Source: an uncultured Acidobacteriota bacterium (GTDB lineage Bacteria; Acidobacteriota; UBA6911). Taken from it: DNA of 64,000 nucleotides. The position numbers and the translations under genes were made by a program. Location: assembly GCA_963843575.1 (NCBI GenBank), contig CAWJKZ010000018.1, forward strand, positions 97,195 to 161,194, given 5' to 3'. The notes below the pieces were generated by a model, which did no database searches, was not told the DNA's origin, and was given only the letters and a program-made list of their open reading frames with translations. Within the stretch, counting starts at the first letter, position 1, and every line of letters begins with the position of its first letter. This document shows positions 50,024 through 60,209 of this stretch, piece after piece.

Positions 50024-50872
50024 TCACGGACTCATCATCTGCTTCAACTTGTCGGATACCCAGTCCACAGCGATGCGGATGAGCGCCTCGCCCTTCTCCG
50101 CGGTCGCCAGCAGCGAGTCACGGTAATAGGTCCGGTCCTCTTCGGCGTCCTTGGGGTTTTTGAGGTTCAGCTTGACGCTCGCGTACTCGACCCCTTCCCG
50201 GCGTACCCGCTCCGGGAAGGCGGCCAGGGCGAAGGAGGTTTCGAACTCGGCCGAGTGGCCTGGAATCATTTCCATGCCGCTCTGCATGTACCGGCCCGCG
50301 TTGTCTCGGGTGTATCCCTCCCAGTAGGAGCAGGCCTCCAGCCGCACTCCCAGTCGCCGGCGCCATTCGGGCAGCTGAGCCTTGATGGGCTTGTCGTTGC
50401 CCCCGTGCCCGTTCAGGATGAGGATCGTGTTCAACCCGTGGGTCTTCAGGCTTTCGCAGATCTCGAAGACCACGGCGAGGAATGTCTCCGAACGCAGCGT
50501 GAGGGTGCCCTTGCGCTCCATCCAGTACGGCGATATTCCCACGGGCACGGGTGTCGAAACGATCACCTGGGGGAAGAGCGTCAGGGCGGCGTATTGCGCG
50601 ACGAGGACGGCGCTGGCCGTGTCCTGTATCATGGCCAGATGTTCGTTGTGCTGCTCGGTGCTGCCGGTCGGCACGATGGCCGCTTTCAGCCTGCCCGACT
50701 CGACCGCCTCGCGGATTTCCCTGCGTGTGCATTCCCAGAGCAGGACCTTGCGGGCGCCGACGTAGTACCGGTCCCCCGTCCGTGCCAGCTGCGTGTCGGA
50801 TGCTGCCACTGCCGGGCATCCGGCTGCGGTCATGGAGGCCAGAAAGCTGCGGCGGGTGAATTCGGATGTCAT
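50024..50872 (-). CDS. Creatininase/amidohydrolase family protein with Tat signal
   Basis: PTGSTEQH.EHL...D, LNGHGGN, GHSAEFETS. Confidence 0.9.
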   Translation of the reverse strand: MTSEFTRRSFLASMTAAGCPAVAASDTQLARTGDRYYVGARKVLLWECTRREIREAVESGRLKAAIVPTGSTEQHNEHLAMIQDTASAVLVAQYAALTLFPQVIVSTPVPVGISPYWMERKGTLTLRSETFLAVVFEICESLKTHGLNTILILNGHGGNDKPIKAQLPEWRRRLGVRLEACSYWEGYTRDNAGRYMQSGMEMIPGHSAEFETSFALAAFPERVRREGVEYASVKLNLKNPKDAEEDRTYYRDSLLATAEKGEALIRIAVDWVSDKLKQMMSP

Positions 50873-51182
50873 GGACGGATCCCTCGGATTGTGATCCGGC
50901 GCGGCGCCCGCAGGGCCTCCGGGGCTCGCGGGCCCGACAGGGAGATTCTATCCCCATGGGGTGGCAGGTAGCATCGGAAAACCGCGCACGGGTTGGCCGC
51001 GGACTACCAAGTGTGTCACGGCGGCGCGAAAATTGTGCGGATCTCAATGCAAGGAACGAGAAAACTGAAAACCTCGCCACGGAAGACTCGGATGATTTCA
51101 CCCCATGCTTAGGGGCTCGCGGGCAACGCTCGCCTCGGCGCCGCATCACGTGGTCGCTGGGTTCCGCGTGGCACTCTCCGTT

Positions 51183-51210
51183 TGGAGTGCGGCGCCCCGG
51201 CGCCGCTTTT
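51183..51210 (+). repeat. REP-like element, family B, single copy
   Basis: TGGAGTGCGGCGCCCCGGCGCCGCTTTT. Confidence 0.7.
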
Positions 51211-51293
51211 CGCAGTGTCCCAGCTCAGATTGCCCGACGCCTCGGCTCCGCATCACGTGATCGAGGGGTTCCGCAAGGTGTACTCCGGTTGCG

Positions 51294-53255
51294 TTATTCC
51301 GGTTCCAGGACGACCAGTTCGTAGTCGCGCAGGGCGGGCACGGTGACCAGTGTCCGGGTACCTTGTCGCCGCACCTTCAGGGTGACGGGATTTCTTACCG
51401 TGCGTGCCTGCCGGTAACGGCCGGCCACCTCGATGCGGATGTCCCTCATCGGTACAGGAGCGAAGTAGCCGGTGTGCGAGTGTCCGGTCAGGTTCACCAG
51501 GTGCAGGAGTCTGCGCCGGCCCTGTTCCATGAAGGTCAGGACGACCAGCGGGTGCGCGTCGGTCTTCACCTGGCGTTCGGGGTGGAGTTGCGCGACGAGG
51601 TCGCGGAACAGCCCCACGTGTGCAGGCAGGCTGTGCCGGTAATAAAGTCCGCCGAGGTCCCAGGGCGCCCACGTGACGGCGCCGCGGCCGATCTGTGTGG
51701 TGACGACTCCCGGAATGGTCGTATCCCTCATGTCTACGTGGATCTTTTCAGGTGGCCCGATCATGGAAGGCGGGACCAGCGAGAGAGAATTCGTGCCGTC
51801 CGCATCCAGTTCGGTGAAGGGCCCGTTGACCATCAGCAGATCCGTATCGCGCAGGGAAGGGTAGAGTGCGTGGTTGCGCACCCGGACGTACCCTTTCAGG
51901 TCGGGCACGGTGCGGATCACGCGGGCTGCGGGAAGCTCCGGGGGACGCGCGCCCAGGAGAAGGAGCCGGCCGCCCCGCTCGACGTACTCGCCCAACTGCC
52001 TGGGCGCCCCGTCCGTGGCTATCACGAGATCGAACTCGCGCGTCCCCAGCCAGCGCAAGTTGTCGGATACGGCAAACGGAATGTGCTCTTCGGTGAGCAG
52101 CCGGAACGCGCCGCGGTAGGAAGCCTCGTCGGTGGGATGGCCGGCGACGTTCCCGAGCAGGAGAACGCGGGCGGCGCTGCGCTGGCCGACGAAGTACTGC
52201 TCGTGTGCGGCGGCCCAGCGGAAGATCGGTTTGGCCGTTTCCCAGGCCTGGCGGTCCTGCAGGTCCAGGGTGCCGTTGACTTCGAAGGTCAGGGCGCCGC
52301 CGTTGGCGAGTTGCTGCCACATACGGGTAGCGATCTCCTCGCGGGGCACGGTGGCGAAGCGCCACCAGTAATCGACGAACTGCATGTTGAGGTCGACTGC
52401 CATTTTGCCGGGCTCGCTGTTGCGGGCGCGGTTGACGTGGTCGCTGGCGCTGAGGGGCCACAGCGGCAGAGGGCGCCGCACCGCCGTGTTCGATTCCGAC
52501 ATGATGCCGTCGGTGAGGTCCTGCGTGTAATTGAAGTAGCCGGCGCGCGGCCGGATGTGGCGGATCAGGTCCCCGATCTCCTGCGACACCTCGCGTGCGC
52601 AGGTGCGCATGAAGGCTCGGTAGTCTTCGTCGGCCTTGTCGGGGAGGTCGCGGCCGGAAAAGCGGCGGTACCGGTCGCGGCAGCCCTCGCAGTGACAGAG
52701 CCCTACGGGGTTGCCTTCGTAGTCGGCGGCCTGGTTGCCGAACATGTTGAAGAAGAGTCCGTCGACGTCGTAGCGCTCGAGGCCCTCGGCGAGGATCTTC
52801 ATCGCCTGCGCCCGGTAGTAGCCGCCGTTGATGCAGGTGGAGTAGAGCCCATTGTAGGTCACGGGCGATCCGTCGGCCTTCCGGAAAAACCACTCCGGGT
52901 GGGCATCGTAGACGGGCTTCGGGGTTTTGCTGAGGTCATAGCGGCCGACGACGCGGATGCGACGGGCGTGGGCCTCGCGCAGAAAGTCGCCGAACGTGTC
53001 GCGTCCCGCGGGCAAATACGGGCTCGGGTAGTGGAACTCCACCCGGGTGGGGTAGTAGGCGCAGATGCCACCCATACCCATGAGCACCACGTTGGCACGC
53101 ATGTCGGCCAGCTGGGCGGCCAGGCGCGCCGCGTCCAGCGCGGCATCGGTCTCGCGCAGGTTGGTCTGCACCCAGCGGACCGGCTCGGTCATCCACCACT
53201 CTTGCTGGGCTTGCACGGGCCCGGCCAGCAACAGCAACAGCGTCAGGCATTTCAT
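51294..53255 (-). CDS. Putative glycoside hydrolase (GHL6-like TIM barrel + trimerisation-type domain), exported
   Basis: Signal peptide, QTNLRETD, HPEWF, DGLFFN, CHCEGC, HLVNLTGH. Confidence 0.8.
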   Translation of the reverse strand: MKCLTLLLLLAGPVQAQQEWWMTEPVRWVQTNLRETDAALDAARLAAQLADMRANVVLMGMGGICAYYPTRVEFHYPSPYLPAGRDTFGDFLREAHARRIRVVGRYDLSKTPKPVYDAHPEWFFRKADGSPVTYNGLYSTCINGGYYRAQAMKILAEGLERYDVDGLFFNMFGNQAADYEGNPVGLCHCEGCRDRYRRFSGRDLPDKADEDYRAFMRTCAREVSQEIGDLIRHIRPRAGYFNYTQDLTDGIMSESNTAVRRPLPLWPLSASDHVNRARNSEPGKMAVDLNMQFVDYWWRFATVPREEIATRMWQQLANGGALTFEVNGTLDLQDRQAWETAKPIFRWAAAHEQYFVGQRSAARVLLLGNVAGHPTDEASYRGAFRLLTEEHIPFAVSDNLRWLGTREFDLVIATDGAPRQLGEYVERGGRLLLLGARPPELPAARVIRTVPDLKGYVRVRNHALYPSLRDTDLLMVNGPFTELDADGTNSLSLVPPSMIGPPEKIHVDMRDTTIPGVVTTQIGRGAVTWAPWDLGGLYYRHSLPAHVGLFRDLVAQLHPERQVKTDAHPLVVLTFMEQGRRRLLHLVNLTGHSHTGYFAPVPMRDIRIEVAGRYRQARTVRNPVTLKVRRQGTRTLVTVPALRDYELVVLEPE

Positions 53256-53623
53256 GCGGCATACCCGTCGAAAGCACACCGTGGGTCTTCGAGCAGTCAG
53301 CGCGCATTATCGGCCGCGTCTGGTTCGGCCGGGAAGGAAAAACTCGAGAACGGCTCATCCACTTCCGCCTGACCTGCGAGCAAGCGATCGAGACCATCGC
53401 GATCCGGAGCGCCGACACGAAAGACAAATCAGTTTTGCGGGTCGCCTGCCCCGCGGGTATTCTTTATAGCATCTTGGGTGGTGGCGAGGACGGTGACAGT
53501 TCCCGCGTTAACGCGTCGTCACCGATCGCGCCGTCGGGTGTGCGCGCTCCTGAACCGTTTGTCTGACCAGCCGGAGGCTCCCGGTCTCACGGTGAAAAGT
53601 CTCCGACACTCGGGAATCCCGCA

Positions 53624-54602
53624 TTGGACGCTAAAGGCGATACCACGCGCCGGGCACGCAGATTCCTGCTCGTGCTGTGCTTGATGCTTCTCGTTGTTAC
53701 TGTGGTTTCCCTGTATCTCGATCTTCGCGGGATCGATGAGCAATACAGGGACCTCGCGGCAGAAATGGCGCGGTCTTACTATCGGGCCATCGATGCCATG
53801 AGGGAGTGGAACCTCGATCACGGTGGAATCTACATGCGAACCGATGGAGGGATATCCCCCAATCCGCATCTTAGCAGCCCGGTGCGGGAGGTGATGACAA
53901 CGGCAGGGACGAAGCTGGCCTTGGTCAATCACGCCCAGATGACCCGTCTCCTGTCGGAACTGCTTACGGACGAGAGGGGCATTCACATGCACATCACGGG
54001 ACTCCTCCCGATTCGTCCGCAAAACAGTCCGGATCAGTGGGAGCGCGAGGCGCTCGCCGATTTCGCCGGTGGAGGCAAGGAACGATTCGAGATCGTCAGG
54101 AATGCCGGGGCGAGTTCCTTTCGGTACATGGCACCGCTGAAAACGGACTCGACGTGCAACTCGTGTCACGACGAGAAGCACAGAAACAACGGGGAAGTCA
54201 GCGGCGGAATCAGCGTAGGCTTCTCGTACGAACCGTTCCTCAAGGTGATGTCCGGTGAGCGTCGTCGGAAAGTGCTCGTTCACGTCCTGTTCTTAGGCCT
54301 GGGGTTGGCACTGATCAGCGTTACCGGGAGGAGGCTGACCGGAAGTATCGCGGCACTGCAGGATTCGCTGCTGCGCATCAAGCGCCTGGAGGGGCTCCTG
54401 CCGATCTGCTCCAGGTGCAAGAACATCCGCCTGGAAGGCGCGGACTACCGCCAACAGGAGTCCTGGATCGCCATCGAGCGCTACATTCAGGAGCGAACGG
54501 ATGCCGAGTTCACTCACAGCTTGTGCCCCCCAATGCGCCCATGAACTCTACCCGGAGCTCTCCCTGAAACGGAAATCCCGAACAGGCGAGGGCGCGGACT
54601 GA
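53624..54602 (+). CDS. DUF3365/Tll0287-like c-heme membrane sensor with C-terminal Cys zinc-ribbon tail; 1-nt frameshift in C-run at ~54528
   Basis: WN.DHGGIY, NSPDQWE, FRYMAPL..CNSCH; tail LLPICSRCK...THSLCP continues as QCAHELYPEL if one C is removed. Confidence 0.85.
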
Positions 54603-54735
54603 AACAACGATACATTGGCTTGACCTGAAGAGAACCTTTCAGGACGAACTTTCCTGTCGGCTGAGCGGTCCAAATCTTCCACCAATATCGAAAGGTTCGA
54701 GTGCGAAGTCGAGCCCAACCGGGCACACCCCTACC

Positions 54736-54842
54736 TTATTGCACACCTTCCTGCTCGGTCTTTCTGGCGAATGCCAGATCTCTGCGGTTGGCCTGGCTTT
54801 CGCGGCAAACGCTTCCTTAAGATTGCTCTCGGTAGTGGCCAT
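54736..54842 (-). pseudogene. rbr: Rubrerythrin N-terminal remnant
   Basis: AAGGAG RBS, MATTESNLKEAFA then frameshifted ESQANRRDLAFARKTEQEG and stop. Confidence 0.8.
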
Positions 54843-54944
54843 GGACTCCTTACGGAAGTCAGATCTGGTCAGAAACGGTATCCAAGATAGACCGAAGGGG
54901 TTCAGCGCCAACCCGCGTAAGTGGGGCGAGTCGGCGCCGGTGCT

Positions 54945-57572
54945 CTACCTGAGGCGCAAAATCTGCGGCTGGATATTCCAGCCGGTGACGGCCAGGGTGG
55001 CCCTGCCGGGCAATGCGCGGCCGGGATAGCGCGCCGTCACGACCCGGGACCTGCCCGGGAGAAGCGAGATGCAGTTGTCGTCCCACAGCACGGGGAGGAT
55101 CTCCTGTTCCGAACCTTCCGGACAGATCCCCAGGTGCACCTGGAAAGCGAGCCCCTCCCCCGGATTCCGCAGGCTGACCCGCACCTGGTCCCCGCCGTTC
55201 GTCTTCTCCAGCACCCCGGAGGCCTCCACGTTCACGCTCGGCAGCCTCCCGAGCGCCGTCAGGTCCTCGAAATACTCGATCGGCGTAAACGCCGTGTCGG
55301 GAGTCTTGTCCCACGCCATCTTCGACGGCGTGGCCGGCAGCCAGTAGAAATTCGTCCCAATCTCTTTCCCGCTCGCGTCGCGCAGCGTCAGCTCCAGAAA
55401 GTACGGCGTCGAAGTCGGCTCCTGCGGGAACGGCGGAATGGTCATCGCGCGCGCGATGCCGTCGGCCGCGACGTCCACCTTCGCCTCCCGCGAGAAGATC
55501 TGGTGCATACGGAAATCGAGCAGCCGCGCCGAGGCCGTCAGCCCGTGCACGTCCTCTCGCCGCGTGCTGACGACCGCGACGCTGCGGTCGTCGTACGAAT
55601 ACTGCGCGTGCAGCGGCTCGCACGCCTTCTTCGTGCCGAAGTACCCGCCGGCCGGATACAGGTAATAGTCATAGAGGTGCCAGTACATTGAGGGCCATGG
55701 GTTGTTGAGCATCCACTGGATGACGCCTGTTGCCGTGTACTTGTTGCGTGCGTGCGCCTCCATCATCGCGCGTTGGCCGTCGTACGCCATCGCCTGGGCT
55801 TTGCGCAGGTAGTCCTGCAGGTTGGCGGGCGGGCCGTACGTCTTGTTCATCGCCTCGTGCCAGCGCGACATCGTCATGAAGCGCTCGCCCGCGCTGTGGT
55901 ATTGCCAATGCTCGTCGATGGGCCACAGGTGTTCCGGCGCGAGAAACTTCTTCAGGCTCTCGAGCGGAGGGATCGCCGGCCCCGGCCCGGTCTCGGTATT
56001 GAATCCCCACGCGCCTCCCCACTTCTTCGCATCGTCGACGTACCAGTAATTCGGCGGCTCGTAGTCGTACGGCCCCGTCATTTTGACGCCGGACGGTCCC
56101 GTCACCTGCGTCGTCGCCGCAGCCGCGGAATTGATGACCGGATTCGGCCAGGAAGCCGCCGTGAGCGTGTCGACGTAGGCCTTCTCGACTTCGGCGGGAG
56201 GAGGCCCGTCGCTGCCGTTGAGCCACACCAGCATGCAGGGATGGCTCCGCATCCGCACGACCTGCGTGCGCAGTTGTTCCGCGGCGACATTCACGGTCCC
56301 GGGCGCCCAATCCGCCCAGCGCTCCCAGATATCGCAGCAGCAGAACCCGGCCATGACGAGGATTCCCTTCTCGTCGCACAGGTCAAAGAAGCATTCCTCC
56401 TCGAACATCCCCTCGAGCCGGATCGTGTTCAGCCCCATGTCCAGGACGTAACGGATCTCGGAATCCAGCCGCCCGGGTATGGGCCGCAGCAGCATATCCC
56501 TCGCCCACCCTGCGCCGCGGATGAGGATGCGCTTCCCGTTGACGAGAAAGACGCGGTTCCCCTCCTCGGTGAGTTCCGACGTGACCTCGCGGATCCCAAA
56601 CCGGATGCGCTGCTCGTCCGACGGTTTGCCGTTTTCGAGGAATCGAACGGCAAGATCGTGGAGAGCGGGGGGCCCCATCTCGGCGGGCCACCACAACCGC
56701 GGGTTCTGCACCCGTAGGGTGGCAAACTGGTCGCTCGCGAAAGTGACCGACCGCGACTCGTGCGGCTGCAAAGTCACTTCCTGCCGGAGCGGCATACGGT
56801 CCACGACGGCTTCGACGACCCCGTGCAGGCTTTGTCCCGATGTGTTGCGCAGCTCGGCCCTCACGGTCAGGTCGGCCGCGGTACAGGACTTGTCCACGAA
56901 TTTCGTGACGACCTGCGGGTGGCGTACAGCGACGGGCCCGGTCGCAGTGAGATAGACGCCGCGCCAGATCCCCATGCTCTTGTCGGGCGGCGTCGGCGCC
57001 CAGTCGACCCAGTTGATGCCGAGTTCCCTCTCAGTCGGGGCGAAAATCTCGAGCGCAAGCACGTTCGTTTCGCCGGGATGGATAAAAGGGGTGGCGTTGA
57101 ACTCGTAGATCCGGTACGCGCCCTGGACCTGTTTGGAATCCGCTAGCCTGCGCCCGTTAAGCCAGATGTTGGCGCGGTAGTTGATGCCGTCGAAGTGCAG
57201 CCACACGGTCCTTCCCGCGTATTCGCGCGGGACCCGGAACTCGGTGCGGTACCACCAGGAGCACGCGTAAGGGCTGTCCTTGGCCATCGGCTCGTTGTTG
57301 AACGAGTTCAGGCCGATGCGATAGGTCATCCCGGGGTATTTGCGCAGATTCATCCCGAAGTACGGGTCCGGGAATTCGCCCGCGGCGACCTGCGTGGCCA
57401 CAACGGTCGCGGGCACGGCGGTGCGGTACCAGCCCTGCGGCCGGAAAGACGAGGTGGAGATGACGGCGCCGCCCTCGGTCACCCTCCGTGACGATTGCAG
57501 CGACCAGGAATCGCGCAACGGCAGCGGCTGAGCCAGCGACAGCAGCAGAGAGCCCGAGATCAGTAAGTGCAT
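54945..57572 (-). CDS. GH2 exo-beta-D-glucosaminidase (CsxA-like)
   Basis: WVDWAP.PPD, GLNTIRLEG, WLNGSD, KMTGPYDY, FNTETGPG, QWMLNN.W. Confidence 0.9.
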   Translation of the reverse strand: MHLLISGSLLLSLAQPLPLRDSWSLQSSRRVTEGGAVISTSSFRPQGWYRTAVPATVVATQVAAGEFPDPYFGMNLRKYPGMTYRIGLNSFNNEPMAKDSPYACSWWYRTEFRVPREYAGRTVWLHFDGINYRANIWLNGRRLADSKQVQGAYRIYEFNATPFIHPGETNVLALEIFAPTERELGINWVDWAPTPPDKSMGIWRGVYLTATGPVAVRHPQVVTKFVDKSCTAADLTVRAELRNTSGQSLHGVVEAVVDRMPLRQEVTLQPHESRSVTFASDQFATLRVQNPRLWWPAEMGPPALHDLAVRFLENGKPSDEQRIRFGIREVTSELTEEGNRVFLVNGKRILIRGAGWARDMLLRPIPGRLDSEIRYVLDMGLNTIRLEGMFEEECFFDLCDEKGILVMAGFCCCDIWERWADWAPGTVNVAAEQLRTQVVRMRSHPCMLVWLNGSDGPPPAEVEKAYVDTLTAASWPNPVINSAAAATTQVTGPSGVKMTGPYDYEPPNYWYVDDAKKWGGAWGFNTETGPGPAIPPLESLKKFLAPEHLWPIDEHWQYHSAGERFMTMSRWHEAMNKTYGPPANLQDYLRKAQAMAYDGQRAMMEAHARNKYTATGVIQWMLNNPWPSMYWHLYDYYLYPAGGYFGTKKACEPLHAQYSYDDRSVAVVSTRREDVHGLTASARLLDFRMHQIFSREAKVDVAADGIARAMTIPPFPQEPTSTPYFLELTLRDASGKEIGTNFYWLPATPSKMAWDKTPDTAFTPIEYFEDLTALGRLPSVNVEASGVLEKTNGGDQVRVSLRNPGEGLAFQVHLGICPEGSEQEILPVLWDDNCISLLPGRSRVVTARYPGRALPGRATLAVTGWNIQPQILRLR

Positions 57573-57779
57573 GCCCCGTGTATAGCAGATTCCGTGCGTC
57601 TAGGGCACCCACTTCAAACCCGGAAGACCGGAAAATTTAGCACCACACCCTTCAGGGCCCGACTGCTGCAGGGACTCCGCGGCGGGAAGGCTTCGGCAAA
57701 AAAAAGTGAGCTTGGCACGTTTATGGCACAACGGGAATTTGCCAGACAGTGCGGGTGAGCGCAAACCATTGATTCTAAA

Positions 57780-57827
57780 TGGTACGCCTGGCTGGGTTCG
57801 AACCAGCGACCTTCGGCTCCGGAGGCC
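57780..57827 (-). pseudogene. 3' half of tRNA-Arg(CCG); integration (att) core
   Basis: Minus strand GGCCTCCGGAGCCGAAGGTCGCTGGTTCGAACCCAGCCAGGCGTACCA: anticodon loop, T-arm and CCA; D-arm and 5' acceptor strand absent. Confidence 0.85.
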
Positions 57828-58233
57828 CGTTTCGCCTTCGTCAAAAGATTGCAATAACCCTGCAAATGGTTGCAAACAGCGATCATGGCGGGTTTTCGCA
57901 TAACCTCGCCTAAGTAGCTCCGCAATCTCCACATAGCTTTCATGGGCAGTAAACGGGCAGTGGCTTGTCGGCCAGCTCGCGCAAAGCAGGCTATGTTCGT
58001 TGCGGTTCACTTTCGTTGAAGGGATGTTCGTCATGCTCGACCAGGCCGCGGTATGCGTGGACGTCAGTACTCGCATCGAAACGCCCCTCGACGAGCTCAC
58101 GTTCGAAGAGCTCGACCAGCTCGGCCGGCGCATCACGGAGTGGATCGCGCGTGCGGACGAGCTGCACGATCGGGTCATGGTGGATTTGCTGATCGCAGCC
58201 AAGAGCCAATGTCAACAGGCTCAAAGGGCGCCT

Positions 58234-58815
58234 ATGAGCGACATCCCAAAATCACTGAGATTCCGGATCCTCAAGCGCGACGCCTTCAAGTGCTGTTATT
58301 GCGGTAAGTCGGCCGAAGCCGGCGCTATCCTTCACGTCGATCACATCATTACTCGATGCAGTGGGGGAACAAATGATCCAGACAATCTGACGACAGCCTG
58401 CGCAGACTGTAACCACGGAAAGGGTCCACATCCTGGAAACGGGCGGCGTTCCGGTGCGCAGGACATAGCGACCCTCAAAACAAGCCGTCGCCTTCCTCGC
58501 TCCAAGGAAATTGCGGTTGAGACCGGCTTTGTGGGCCAATTCTTTCATTCCCGCTTAGACGGGAAGATCAAATGGCAGGGCCACGTTGTCTCTCAGATCG
58601 GTCCCGATAGATATCTCGTCCAATTGGCCTCCTGGTTGGACGGTTATCCTACTGAACGCAAGATTGTCAGCTTCGATGATATGGCAGGCTGGAGTTTCTA
58701 TCGGACGGCGCACCAAATGCGGTGGGCCGCCGCCCAGGAATTTCACTGGTCCATAGACGATTTCGAAGCTGGGGAACGCTGCATCGATAGAATGAACCGT
58801 GAGGCGCTGCTATGA
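58234..58815 (+). CDS. HNH endonuclease with C-terminal extension (frame open further upstream to 58000)
   Basis: RDAFKCCYCG..HVDHI..GG..NL..ACADCNHGK. Confidence 0.85.
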   Translation: MSDIPKSLRFRILKRDAFKCCYCGKSAEAGAILHVDHIITRCSGGTNDPDNLTTACADCNHGKGPHPGNGRRSGAQDIATLKTSRRLPRSKEIAVETGFVGQFFHSRLDGKIKWQGHVVSQIGPDRYLVQLASWLDGYPTERKIVSFDDMAGWSFYRTAHQMRWAAAQEFHWSIDDFEAGERCIDRMNREALL

Positions 58816-60200
58816 GCGACGAGACGCGCCTGCTGCCGCACTCGCTCGACGCCGAGCGTGCCGTCCTTGGTGCAGTTCTGGTTCATCCACCGGCACTGTA
58901 CCAGGCTACCGAAATCATTCATGCAGACGATTTTTACCTCGAGGCCCACCGCCGCATTCTTGATGCGATGCTGCGCCTTCAGGTGTCCGAGACGCCCATC
59001 GACTCGCTAACGCTCAAGACGGAACTCCAGCGCTCCGGAGAACTCGAAAAGGTTGGTGGTACGGGCTATGTCGTCAAGCTCACAGACGGCATTCCCGGGG
59101 CTATCAACGTCCGATCTTACGCCGAGATCGTGCGGGAGAATTCTATTCTCCGCCGGCTCATCCGTTTCGGCAACGGGGCGGCCCAACGTGCCTACGGAGC
59201 CCAGGAATCATCCAAAGACATTCTCGAGGACCTCCAGCTGGACCTCGTAAAGCTGCTGCAATCCAACAAAAGGAGCGGCTGGCTCAAAATCGGCGATCTC
59301 GTCCAAGAGGCCTATAACGAGCTCGATGCCCTCTCGCGCCGCAAGCGGACGGTGATCGGGCTCGACACCGGTTTTTCAGACCTGAACTCACTTATAGGCG
59401 GATTCCAGCCGGGCCAGCTGATCGTCATAGCCGGCAGGCCAGGTCATGGCAAGACCTCGCTCGGCCTGAATTTGATTGCCACGGCTCTTCAACATCATCA
59501 CCGCGTTGCTCTGTTTACGATCGAGATGTCGGCCCTTGAGATCACAAAGCGGATCCTCTACGCGGATGCCGAAGTGGACAGCCACAAAGTCGCCGCCGGC
59601 TACATCAGCAAGGACGAATGGACGCGGATCGGCACTGCAGCGGGCAAGCTGGCCGAAACCAATCTGAGCGTCGATGAATCCGGGTCCCTGACCATCATGG
59701 ATCTACGGTCCCGCGCGCAGCAGCTCGCCCTGGCCGGCGGCCTTGACATGCTCGTAATCGACTATCTGCAACTCATGGCCGGATCCCATTTACGCCGCGG
59801 CGAACACAACCGGGTCCAGGAGATCAGCGACATTTCGCGCGCGCTGAAAGCCCTGGCGAAGGACCTGAGGATCCCGATCATCGCCATGAGCCAACTGAAC
59901 CGCGAGGTCGAAAGGGAGTCCAAGCGCCGGCCGCGGCTGGCGGACCTGCGCGAGTCCGGTTCGATCGAGCAGGATGCCGACGTGGTGCTTTTTATCTGGC
60001 GTGAGGAGTTGCGCGGGGCGACGGACGACAACCGTGGCCAGGCCGAGCTCATCATCGGCAAGCAGCGCAACGGGCCCGTGGGCGAGACCGTAAACCTGAC
60101 CTTCATCAAACAGTACACGAAATTCGTCAGCTGTTCGAAGCGGGAATCGGACACGGGAAACAATACGGAACGTGAGTTGTGGTACCAGCAGGAATCGTGA
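58812..60200 (+). CDS. dnaB: Replicative DNA helicase DnaB (phage-borne)
   Basis: PHSLDAERAVLG, GRPGHGKT, VIDYLQLM, SQLNR, DLRESGSIEQDAD, KQRNGP. Confidence 0.97.
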   Translation: MSDETRLLPHSLDAERAVLGAVLVHPPALYQATEIIHADDFYLEAHRRILDAMLRLQVSETPIDSLTLKTELQRSGELEKVGGTGYVVKLTDGIPGAINVRSYAEIVRENSILRRLIRFGNGAAQRAYGAQESSKDILEDLQLDLVKLLQSNKRSGWLKIGDLVQEAYNELDALSRRKRTVIGLDTGFSDLNSLIGGFQPGQLIVIAGRPGHGKTSLGLNLIATALQHHHRVALFTIEMSALEITKRILYADAEVDSHKVAAGYISKDEWTRIGTAAGKLAETNLSVDESGSLTIMDLRSRAQQLALAGGLDMLVIDYLQLMAGSHLRRGEHNRVQEISDISRALKALAKDLRIPIIAMSQLNREVERESKRRPRLADLRESGSIEQDADVVLFIWREELRGATDDNRGQAELIIGKQRNGPVGETVNLTFIKQYTKFVSCSKRESDTGNNTERELWYQQES

Positions 60201-60209
60201 GGCTCTCCT

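Noticed and set aside
57780-57860. Intact tRNA gene
   Set aside because: D-arm and 5' acceptor strand cannot be formed
58812-60200. Host chromosomal dnaB locus or oriC
   Set aside because: Context is phage-like with lower GC and no housekeeping neighbours
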